In this document: positions 1 through 8,311 of the stretch, in pieces
How positions within the stretch are numbered: position 1 is the first letter of the stretch
Layout: every line of letters starts with the position of its first letter
Source of the DNA: a bacterium
GTDB lineage: Bacteria > Patescibacteriota > Dojkabacteria > JAKAPS01
Assembly: GCA_021806925.1 (NCBI GenBank)
Contig: JAKAPS010000006.1
Location: 1-62,789, forward strand
Direction: 5' to 3'
DNA length: 62,789 nt
Translations under genes and position numbers: made by a program
Notes under the pieces: generated by a model
The model's database searches: none
Seen by the model: only the letters and a program-made list of their open reading frames with translations
Told to the model about the DNA's origin: nothing

Positions 1-42
1 TTATGGATCAGGTTATGCTTGTTTCGGCTGGACTCCATAATC

Positions 43-549
43 TCAGAATTGACTCTCGAACTTAACTCCTTTCCTCTTTTGGATAACTCTTACCTTCTTT
101 TTCCCCTTATTCCCGATAATCTCTAATGATTTATCAAATTCTTGTATATCAGGCCGTATTCCATTTTCTAGAAAACACAGAAGATCAGAATAATCTCTTC
201 CTTTTGGAATAGATCTATTCTCTTTACCAAATTTCTTATCTCTTGTAAATATAGCATTTACCTTATCAGTAAATAAAAGAGGTAACGACTATGCTTTTAA
301 AATATAGCTATGCCTAGGTATAAGGTCTGGTTGTATATTTGAAAATGATGTTTTTTGTAAATCAAGTTTTACATATAAAATTTCACTTTCATTTGTACGA
401 CTTAATCCCAAAATATGTAGAATTGGAAATTTCAATGTAATTGTTTGATTATGATTTGAAACAGATGCATAAATATCATATGCAAGTTCATTTTTGAAAT
501 AACTGAGGGTTCCATATTTCCAATTACCTCTAAGTATTTCACAATACAC
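43..549 (-). pseudogene. AbiEii-family nucleotidyltransferase (type IV TA toxin) remnant with in-frame TAG at 289-291
   Basis: ORF 289..549 ends HSYILKA*; the same frame continues SLPLLFTDKVNAIFTR...KGRDYSDLLCFL, matching the AbiEii K..AI..R / KGRDxYDL pattern, to a TGA at 43-45. No intact N-terminus recognised; 5' boundary uncertain. Confidence 0.7.
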
Positions 550-720
550 CCACTATATGAGTACATTGTGAAATAGTCAACAAATAAAATTCATCTTTGC
601 TAACTTGTATACATTAATAAAGTTATAAACAATAAAAATCACACAAAAAATTTTAACCATCTGTTTCTATTAGATATATCTATCAACTTAAAATCAAGTA
701 TATATGCACTATATAATTAT

Positions 721-1113
721 CTATAGTCCGATTAAACTCAACCATAATTGCAGGTTATAGACATACTGCCCTCTGTATTGTGAGTTTGAGCTTTGCGTTT
801 TTAATGATGTATTTTGAGTATTATCTACAGTATTTGTTGGTAAAACGACCTCATAAAAACCGCTCTTTACAAGTCCAAGGTTGTTAACTGCTTCACTTTT
901 AATATATGAATCAGTCTGAACATAATTAAGTTGATTATTCAATGAATTATTCTCATTTTTTGCTGAAACATATGAGTTATATATACTGTTAACAAATGAA
1001 TTCTCTTGATGAGAATTATAGTAATACCTGAAAATTGAAACACATGATAGCAACAAAAGGAAGAACAGGAAAAAATTTACTAAAAACATAACAGGATTTA
1101 ATCCTTTTGACAT
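721..1113 (-). CDS. ftsB: Septum formation initiator (FtsB/DivIC-like)
   Basis: N-terminal TM helix, short coiled coil, then YIKSEAVNNLGLVKSG resembling the DivIC IE..AR..LG.VKPG motif. Confidence 0.65.
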   Translation of the reverse strand: MSKGLNPVMFLVNFFLFFLLLLSCVSIFRYYYNSHQENSFVNSIYNSYVSAKNENNSLNNQLNYVQTDSYIKSEAVNNLGLVKSGFYEVVLPTNTVDNTQNTSLKTQSSNSQYRGQYVYNLQLWLSLIGL

Positions 1114-1153
1114 ATCTTTGATTTAGTGTTATTATAAGCTACAGGGAACTTAA

Positions 1154-2032
1154 ATGTCAAAGAAAACCAATTCAGAATACATAACAGAATTTATAGAATA
1201 CATAAGAGAACAAGGAAAAGCTCAAAACACAATTATTGCATACAAGAAAGATTTGGAGCAGATGTTTCAGTTTATTGAAGAAAAGTTTGGATGTTTTTAT
1301 CCAGAAGACTTGACTCATGAATATATAAACTCATATTTCGAAGATTTAAAAAATAGAAATGTTGTATCTCTAAAATCAGTATCAAGGAAGATGAACACAT
1401 CAACATCATTCTTTAGATACCTTGTAGATACAGGACTTCTTCATTCAAATCCAGCCAGCAAGATAAAGTATCCTAAATTTGATACAGTTGAGCCAAGAAT
1501 ACTTAGTACTGATGAGATGGAAAAGGTGAAGGAGATTGCAGCTAAAGACCCAAGACTTCTATCAATTATTGAAATTCTTCTACAGTCTGGAATAAGAATA
1601 GGAGAAGCTTCAAGATTAAAAATTAATCATATTCACTTAAATGAAGAAGTTCCATATCTTTATGTAGAGAGCTTCGGTTCAAACAAAGCAAGGACAGTTC
1701 CTTTAAATAACATTGCAATTTTTTACATCAAGAAATATCTTGAAATAAGACCAAAGTCAAAAAATCAACTTCTATTCGTGACAAAAACAGGGAATCCACT
1801 TCTTGTAAGGAATTTAAGAACTTCAATTGATAGAATATTTGTAAAAGCAAATATCCCTGAAGTTAAGGTGAACGATCTAAGAAATACTTTCATTGCTTAC
1901 AATTTATCTAAAGGAACAAATATATTTGCACTATCAAAAATTGTTGGACATAAAAGAGTATCAACTACTGAAAAATATATTGGACTTCTTGATGTACAGT
2001 CAGGAAATATTGTTACTTTAAATGAGCTTTAA
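1154..2032 (+). CDS. XerC/XerD-family tyrosine recombinase
   Basis: N-terminal SAM-like domain (NTIIAYKKDL), SGIRIGE (catalytic R), DLRNTF, VGHKRVSTTEKY (H and catalytic Y); 292 aa. Confidence 0.9.
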   Translation: MSKKTNSEYITEFIEYIREQGKAQNTIIAYKKDLEQMFQFIEEKFGCFYPEDLTHEYINSYFEDLKNRNVVSLKSVSRKMNTSTSFFRYLVDTGLLHSNPASKIKYPKFDTVEPRILSTDEMEKVKEIAAKDPRLLSIIEILLQSGIRIGEASRLKINHIHLNEEVPYLYVESFGSNKARTVPLNNIAIFYIKKYLEIRPKSKNQLLFVTKTGNPLLVRNLRTSIDRIFVKANIPEVKVNDLRNTFIAYNLSKGTNIFALSKIVGHKRVSTTEKYIGLLDVQSGNIVTLNEL

Positions 2033-2096
2033 AAGAAGGTTTTAGAAACATTTAGTCAATACTCAATATGTATTAGTGTATTCTTGATTACCTATT

Positions 2097-2978
2097 TTAG
2101 GATTTTTGTTTTTTGCCAATTCTACCTAATTCAAATATCAGTGACCCTATACCAATAAACAATACAACAACAATAACAATAATAGTATCTATCCCTATAT
2201 GATCCAGATTATGTATTTTTATTCCAGTATTGAAGGCTATACCATTAACGATATCAGGGAAAAGAACACCTAAAAAACCACTAAGCATAAAGACTATACC
2301 ACCGTAAAAAAGAGTCCTGCCTGCTACTCTATTTGATATGCTTCTGATAAGTGTTTCACCAATTTTTCTTGTCTCCATATATTTTCCAAAAAGAAAACCT
2401 GCACTTGCTTGTAATAGAGTAGTTCCAATTCCAAAAAACAAACCTGGAAGGAACGCTAGGAAAGGAGAGTTTGTAGCAGGAACTAAAACTGTATATACAA
2501 TTAAAGCAAATGCACCTGTCCCCCACCCTGCAATGAATCCATGAAGAGCTGCAAAATAGTAATTTATTTCTTTGTGGTTTGTTTGGTTGTGTGATAAATC
2601 AACTCCGAAGAACTTGTTCGGAACTATGTGAATATGAAATACTTTGTTTAATTTTAAAATATAGATTCCTCCAATTATCATTACAATCCCTATTAATATA
2701 TATACCGAATAATTAAAGAATTCATTTTGCAACAGTGATGAACTAAAAAAGTAGAATATTTCACTTGCAATCATCCTCTGAAGTGTGAAAAAAAGAGAGA
2801 ACACTAGTCCAGTAATAAAGCCTCTTTTTGATGAATAGCTATTTATTGAATAACTAAATGTTATCGGCCAAGTATGTTCATCAGGAGTCAATCCATGAAC
2901 AACTCCGAGTAGAAAAGCTAACAATAGAATAAATAGAAGTGAATCACCAGTTACAATTGGATTCCATAAATTTATCAT
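2097..2978 (-). CDS. Putative Ni/Co transporter-like multi-pass membrane protein (NicO/HoxN-DsbD_2-like)
   Basis: About 8 hydrophobic segments, GVVHGLTPDEHTWP and ALHGFIAG His motifs, His-containing loops; 7 nt downstream of thrS. Confidence 0.6.
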   Translation of the reverse strand: MINLWNPIVTGDSLLFILLLAFLLGVVHGLTPDEHTWPITFSYSINSYSSKRGFITGLVFSLFFTLQRMIASEIFYFFSSSLLQNEFFNYSVYILIGIVMIIGGIYILKLNKVFHIHIVPNKFFGVDLSHNQTNHKEINYYFAALHGFIAGWGTGAFALIVYTVLVPATNSPFLAFLPGLFFGIGTTLLQASAGFLFGKYMETRKIGETLIRSISNRVAGRTLFYGGIVFMLSGFLGVLFPDIVNGIAFNTGIKIHNLDHIGIDTIIVIVVVLFIGIGSLIFELGRIGKKQKS

Positions 2979-2985
2979 ACATCAC

Positions 2986-4788
2986 TCAATCACTCAAAGA
3001 TATAATATACTTCTCCAACATACTTAGCTTCATTGTTTCTGTTACATTATTCTTTCTTATGCTAATTGTTCCTTCTTTGCTTTCCCTGTCTCCAATAATA
3101 ATCAAGAGAGGAACTTTGCTATTCAATCCCTCTTTTATCTTCTTCTGAATTGATTCATTTCTATGGTCAATACTTGACCTTACCCTATTACCCTCTATAG
3201 GAGAACTCAAGGATATATTATCGAGTATATCTTTAATAGACTTTGCATATTGCACCAATCCATCATTTAATGTCAGTATCCTAACCTGTTCAGGAGCAAT
3301 CCAAAATGGAAACTCACCACCTGTTTTTTCAAGTAGGAAACCTATGAATCTTTCATAAGCACCTAGTATTGCTCTATGAATTATTACAGGATACTCCTCT
3401 TTCCCCATTTCGTTTATATATACAATTCCCATTCTTCTTGGAACTAATATATCAACTTGAAATGTTGCAATTGTATCTTCTTTTCCATTTACATTCTTGT
3501 ACTGAACATCAATTTTAGGTCCGTAGAATGCTGCTTCTCCACTTTCTTCAAAGAAGTTCCTCTTTGTACTAACCATTACTTTTCTAATTATATTAGATAC
3601 TCTTTCCCATTCATCTTTATCTCCTCCATATTTATTTTTTGAAAAGTCAGGAAGTGATAGTCTATATGAATATCCTGTCATTCCAAATATATTAAATACT
3701 TTTTCAAACAAATCTATAACACTAACAAATTCATTCTCTAACTGATCCTCCCTACAATATATATGAGCATCATTTTGTGTAATCGGCCCTAAGAATCTTA
3801 TCAATCCAGTTAATGTTCCAGATAATTCGTTCCTATATACACTTCCTGCTTCAGCAAGTCTTAATGGAAGATCTCTATAACTATCAACCAACTTTTTAAA
3901 TATCATGTGGTGATGAGGACAATTCATCGGCTTTATATAGAATCTCTCACCTTCACTATTTACAAACGAAAACATATCATCTTTATAGTAATTAGCATGA
4001 CCAGACTTTATATACAGTTCTTCCCGTGTTAGAACTGGAGTTGAGACATATTTATATCCGCTTTCTGTTTCATATTTCCTCATCAATTCGACCAAATTAT
4101 GCTTTAGAATTTCACCGTTTGGTAGAAGAAGAGGAAGTCCAGCACCTACTTCATCTGAAAACATAAATATTCCTAATTTCTCACCTAATACCCTATGATC
4201 TCTTTGCTTTTGTTCTTCTCTTAATTTTATAAATTCATCTAACTCTTCCTTTGTATTAAAACAAGCTACATATATACGTGTTAGCATCGGATTATGCTCA
4301 TCACCTCTGAAGTATGCACCAGCAAGAGATAATATCTTAAATTCTCCAATTTCTGCAAATGATTTTACGTGTCCACCACGACATAAGTTTATAAACTCTC
4401 CACTTTTATAGAATGTTACAATTGAATTTTCAGTCAATTTATTTCTCTCATCCATCTCTTCTTTAATACTTGAACCTTTTGATTCAATATCTTCAAGAAT
4501 AGAAAGTGAATACGGCTGATTTGTATCCTTTAAGAACCTTTTTGCATCAACTATCCTCATCTCTATCTTTTCAAATTCATACTTCATTTTCTTCTGCCTT
4601 TTCATCTCTGATTCAATTCTTTCAAAATCATCAGGTGTTATTTTTTCATCGCCAAAATCAAAATCATAATAGAATCCATAATCAATTGCAGGTCCAATTG
4701 CTAATTTTACTTTTGGAAATAATCTCTGAACACTACTTGCAAGCAAGTGTGCTCCAGAGTGTCGCATGTTTTTTAAATTCTCATCCAT
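2986..4788 (-). CDS. thrS: Threonyl-tRNA synthetase (no N-terminal TGS domain)
   Basis: RHSGAHLLA editing motif, LCRGGH, RDHRVLG, KPMNCPHH, AFYGPKID, IHRAILG; C-terminal anticodon-binding domain. Confidence 0.98.
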   Translation of the reverse strand: MDENLKNMRHSGAHLLASSVQRLFPKVKLAIGPAIDYGFYYDFDFGDEKITPDDFERIESEMKRQKKMKYEFEKIEMRIVDAKRFLKDTNQPYSLSILEDIESKGSSIKEEMDERNKLTENSIVTFYKSGEFINLCRGGHVKSFAEIGEFKILSLAGAYFRGDEHNPMLTRIYVACFNTKEELDEFIKLREEQKQRDHRVLGEKLGIFMFSDEVGAGLPLLLPNGEILKHNLVELMRKYETESGYKYVSTPVLTREELYIKSGHANYYKDDMFSFVNSEGERFYIKPMNCPHHHMIFKKLVDSYRDLPLRLAEAGSVYRNELSGTLTGLIRFLGPITQNDAHIYCREDQLENEFVSVIDLFEKVFNIFGMTGYSYRLSLPDFSKNKYGGDKDEWERVSNIIRKVMVSTKRNFFEESGEAAFYGPKIDVQYKNVNGKEDTIATFQVDILVPRRMGIVYINEMGKEEYPVIIHRAILGAYERFIGFLLEKTGGEFPFWIAPEQVRILTLNDGLVQYAKSIKDILDNISLSSPIEGNRVRSSIDHRNESIQKKIKEGLNSKVPLLIIIGDRESKEGTISIRKNNVTETMKLSMLEKYIISLSD

Positions 4789-4862
4789 AACAACTTAGTA
4801 AGTCTATTATACTAAATTTAGTTATATACTACAAAATCAATTTAAAATAATATATACTGAAG

Positions 4863-5810
4863 TTGAGTTTTAAAAGAAAGGATTTTCACAAAGTGAAAGA
4901 TACAGTAAAATATATAAAGCTAAAGATAGATGAAACTAACTCTCATGGATTAGAAAAAATTCATGAGCCTAAATTAGTTACACACAAGTCTAAACCTATT
5001 ACAGTAGTTTCTGATGGAAGAAGAGTAGATAATGGGTATATAGGGTTTCAAAGTCCGTATATATCCCTATTGCCAGATGATTCATCAAGTATTCATCTGA
5101 TATGGAAAGGGAAAGAACATGACACAGAATTATCTAAAAAGCACATCAGAAAATCACTTACAATTCTTGATAAAAAAGAAGGAGTAGATGTTATTCTTTT
5201 AACAGGTGGAGAACATTTACATCCATATACAACTGAATCAACTAGTACTGTAAATGATGATGAGTTAAACAAATATGGAGGATACTGCCTTGCAAGAGAT
5301 ATAGCAGGAGTAGAGTTACTTGAATTTGCTGAAAAACACAACAAAACCGTAATTAGCATATGTAGAGGAATGCAGCTTACGATAAACTATTTCTCAAACA
5401 AAACAATCAAACCAAGAGACCATAATCAATATATTCACACAGTTATTCCTGGTGAAACTGATCCAATACTACAGTTGCACAAAGTAAAATCTATTTTACC
5501 AAAAGAGTTAAAGGATAGATTTCCAATAATCCCAGAAATATCAATAGTAAATTCAGCACACGCACAAGGTATTTTACTTTCAGATTTGACAGAAAATTCA
5601 CTATCTATTCTTAAGGATAATGGATGGATACCATGGCTAGTTGCTGATATTGAAGGTATAGATGAACAGAATCAAGTAATTGAAGGCTGGATAAGAATAA
5701 GTAATGATAAAATTACTGGAGTTGCATTACAGTTTCACCCTGAGAGAGACTATTCACAAGAAGAAAACAAGAAGATAAGAGAGTTTATAAAAAGGGTAAT
5801 AGTCTCATAA
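4863..5810 (+). CDS. Class I glutamine amidotransferase, peptidase C26 (gamma-glutamyl hydrolase/PuuD-like)
   Basis: LLTGGE, SICRGMQL (nucleophile Cys), VNSAHAQG, LQFHPE (His-Glu); TTG start uncertain. Confidence 0.8.
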   Translation: MSFKRKDFHKVKDTVKYIKLKIDETNSHGLEKIHEPKLVTHKSKPITVVSDGRRVDNGYIGFQSPYISLLPDDSSSIHLIWKGKEHDTELSKKHIRKSLTILDKKEGVDVILLTGGEHLHPYTTESTSTVNDDELNKYGGYCLARDIAGVELLEFAEKHNKTVISICRGMQLTINYFSNKTIKPRDHNQYIHTVIPGETDPILQLHKVKSILPKELKDRFPIIPEISIVNSAHAQGILLSDLTENSLSILKDNGWIPWLVADIEGIDEQNQVIEGWIRISNDKITGVALQFHPERDYSQEENKKIREFIKRVIVS

Positions 5811-5972
5811 AATGATATCAGTAATAAATTTAGTTCTAATTAGCAATTATTAGAACATATTTTACTGTGTATTTTAATTCTCTATCTGAATAGCTACTCA
5901 TAAACAGTAAATAATAGACAACATATATTTTTCTACAGTAGAATACTAATGTAGAAATAGGATAATTTTATA

Positions 5973-7253
5973 ATGGCTATACTAGAAAAGCTGAAGAAAA
6001 AAAATATATTGAAGAGTATAGGTCCGGGGTTCATAACAGGTTCTGCAGATGATGATCCATCTGGAATTGCTACATATTCCCAGACTGGTGCAATGTATGG
6101 ACTAAGTCTATTATGGAGTGCTTTGTTTATGTTACCAATGCTATACGTTGTTCAAGAAATGAGTGCAAGAATATCTTTTGTTACTGGAAAAGGCATATCT
6201 AAGGTTATTAAAACTTACTACAATCCAATGTATGTATATATCATCGTAAGCATTCTTACCGTAGCAAATATAATTAATATTGGAGTTGACCTTGGTGCAA
6301 TGGCAAATTCTGTTCGTCTGTTTATACCAATAAACTTCTACATACTAATCATATTCTTCACAGTATTAATCATTTCTCTCGAAGTATTTATTGCGTACAA
6401 AAAATACGTAAACATATTAAAATTCCTTTGTTTCTTTCTGCTTGCATATGTATTTACTGGCTTTATAATTCAGCCGAATTGGTTAAATGTACTTAAAGCT
6501 ACAGTAGTCCCCTCCCTACAATTTTCAAAGAGCTATTTATATATTGTTGTAGGCTTGCTTGGAACAACAATTTCCCCATATATGGTTTTTTGGCAATCAT
6601 CAGAAGAGATTGAAGAAGAAAAAAAAGATAAATTAATAACATATAGACGTGGAATACCTAGCGTTGGTAAAAAATTAATTAAAGGAATAAAGCTAGAAAC
6701 ATTCACAGGTATGCTTTATTCAGAAATTATGACCTGGTTTATAATTATTACATCAGCACTTACACTTAATGTACATGGAATAACCAATATAACTTCATCA
6801 AGTCAAGCTGCAAGTGAATTATTACCGCTTGTACATAGCTTTCCAAACGCTGGATTGCTTACAGAATTAATATTTGCACTAGGTATAATTGGAACTGGAC
6901 TTGTAGCAATCCCAACACTTGCAGGCAGCATATCCTATGCCGTATCTGATGCGTTTAATATTAAAGAGGGGCTTGAGTATAAATTCAAGTCTGCAAAGAG
7001 GTTTTATTTAATAATTACAATTGCAACAGTTATTGGAATGGCAATAAATTTCATACATATTAACTCATATCAAGCACTTATATTCAGTGCATTTCTAAAC
7101 GGAGTACTAAATATTCCAATTCTAATATTCATAACTGTAATAGGAAATAGAAAGAGTATACTTGGAGGTTTTACTAATTCAGTTTTCACGAATATAGTCT
7201 CAGTAATCACTATATTATTAGTTTCCCTTGCTTTCATATTCTCAGTTTATTAA
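5973..7253 (+). CDS. NRAMP-family divalent metal transporter
   Basis: GPGFITGSADDDPSGIATYSQTGA (DPxx metal site), LLGTTISPY, about 11 TM segments. Confidence 0.92.
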   Translation: MAILEKLKKKNILKSIGPGFITGSADDDPSGIATYSQTGAMYGLSLLWSALFMLPMLYVVQEMSARISFVTGKGISKVIKTYYNPMYVYIIVSILTVANIINIGVDLGAMANSVRLFIPINFYILIIFFTVLIISLEVFIAYKKYVNILKFLCFFLLAYVFTGFIIQPNWLNVLKATVVPSLQFSKSYLYIVVGLLGTTISPYMVFWQSSEEIEEEKKDKLITYRRGIPSVGKKLIKGIKLETFTGMLYSEIMTWFIIITSALTLNVHGITNITSSSQAASELLPLVHSFPNAGLLTELIFALGIIGTGLVAIPTLAGSISYAVSDAFNIKEGLEYKFKSAKRFYLIITIATVIGMAINFIHINSYQALIFSAFLNGVLNIPILIFITVIGNRKSILGGFTNSVFTNIVSVITILLVSLAFIFSVY

Positions 7254-7256
7254 TAG

Positions 7257-7326
7257 TTAATATCAATAATTAAATTAATAATGAATTAATATCAATAATT
7301 AAATTAATAATGAATTAATATCAATA
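7257..7326. repeat. 29-bp tandem repeat, 2.4 copies (TTAATATCAATAATTAAATTAATAATGAA)
   Basis: Exact copies at 7257-7285 and 7286-7314, partial copy 7315-7326. Confidence 0.95.
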
Positions 7327-7354
7327 GTTAACAAAAAAGTATATAATTCTTTTT

Positions 7355-8197
7355 ATGGAACACCTGGAAAAAATAAAAGATATATTAATACATATTGCAA
7401 TAGAGGATGGAGAAATAATTGAAGATAGATTTAACAGTAGAGGAACTTTTTTAGATGTTAGAATAAAAGATAACGATATGCACAATATTGTTACTGATGC
7501 AGATGAAAATTCACAGAAATTCCTTATAGAAAATATAACTGAAAAAGTTTTAGGTATAGGAATAAAAAAGGAACAAATAGGATTTATATGTGAAGAAAAT
7601 GGTGTATCAAATATTGGTGAATATACTTTTGTAATTGATCCTATTGATGGAACTACTGCATTCTATGCAGGATTTCCTGCATTTGCAATATCTATAGCCC
7701 TATTTTTAAACAATGAACTTGTACTTGGGTTGATATATAACCCGATGACAAAACAGATGTATTATGCAATCAAAAATAAAGGGGCATATTGCTATACGAA
7801 AAAAGGTGAAAATATAAAGATAAATTCTAAAGATTTGCCTCTTAATAAAATGATCTTTATGGGTAGTTTGAGTAAGGTGTTTAATATAGAGTTAATACAA
7901 ATAGAGATGTATAAAGAGCTACACAAACATTGTTTAGGATTTGCTGGAACCCTTTCATTTGTTGACTCCGTTATAAAGTTACTAGATGATACCAACTTTG
8001 TTGGGATAACAATCCTTGGAGGTGGTATGCTTTGGGACATCTCCGCTTGTGAACTTATTGTTACAGAATTAGGTGGAAGTGTATGTGATTATGAAGGCAA
8101 AAAAAACATATTGGATTTAAAAAACCCAGATAAAAAATACCCTTCAATAGTTTATACAAAAAGCACAATTGATGATATTCTTAACATTATAAAATAG
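7355..8197 (+). CDS. Inositol monophosphatase family protein (SuhB-like)
   Basis: TDADENSQ, ICEE, VIDPIDGT, LWDISA motifs. Confidence 0.92.
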   Translation: MEHLEKIKDILIHIAIEDGEIIEDRFNSRGTFLDVRIKDNDMHNIVTDADENSQKFLIENITEKVLGIGIKKEQIGFICEENGVSNIGEYTFVIDPIDGTTAFYAGFPAFAISIALFLNNELVLGLIYNPMTKQMYYAIKNKGAYCYTKKGENIKINSKDLPLNKMIFMGSLSKVFNIELIQIEMYKELHKHCLGFAGTLSFVDSVIKLLDDTNFVGITILGGGMLWDISACELIVTELGGSVCDYEGKKNILDLKNPDKKYPSIVYTKSTIDDILNIIK

Positions 8198-8256
8198 ATA
8201 CTTGTAAAACAAAAAAAAAGACGGCTGTTTTCTAGTGGAAACGGTTTCACGTTTTA

Positions 8257-8285
8257 TTTACATACCATAATATAAATGCTAACCT
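8257..8285 (+). promoter_or_regulatory. Putative sigma70 promoter TTTACA-N17-TAACCT (extended -10) for fibre-like paralog 1
   Basis: Correct spacing; the same hexamers recur exactly 2200 bp downstream before paralog 2. Confidence 0.55.
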
Positions 8286-8311
8286 AGTAGTAATAGGCGA
8301 TCAGTTTTGGT

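Noticed and set aside
4-12. TGGATCAGG matches the last 9 nt of the tRNA-Ile (15181-15189), suggesting an att site near the recombinase
   Set aside because: Only 9 bp, so a chance match in 63 kb is not unlikely; the implied element would include thrS and ftsB-like core genes
289-291. Stop-codon reassignment (TAG or TGA readthrough, code 25)
   Set aside because: TGA cleanly ends thrS, trmD and the sbcD-like gene, TAG ends several intact genes, and all core ORFs are full length in code 11
4789-4862. T-box or riboswitch leaders for thrS/valS
   Set aside because: The thrS upstream spacer is only 74 nt between divergent genes; valS overlaps ppa
7257-7326. Possible CRISPR array
   Set aside because: Copies are directly adjacent with no spacers, and there are no cas genes
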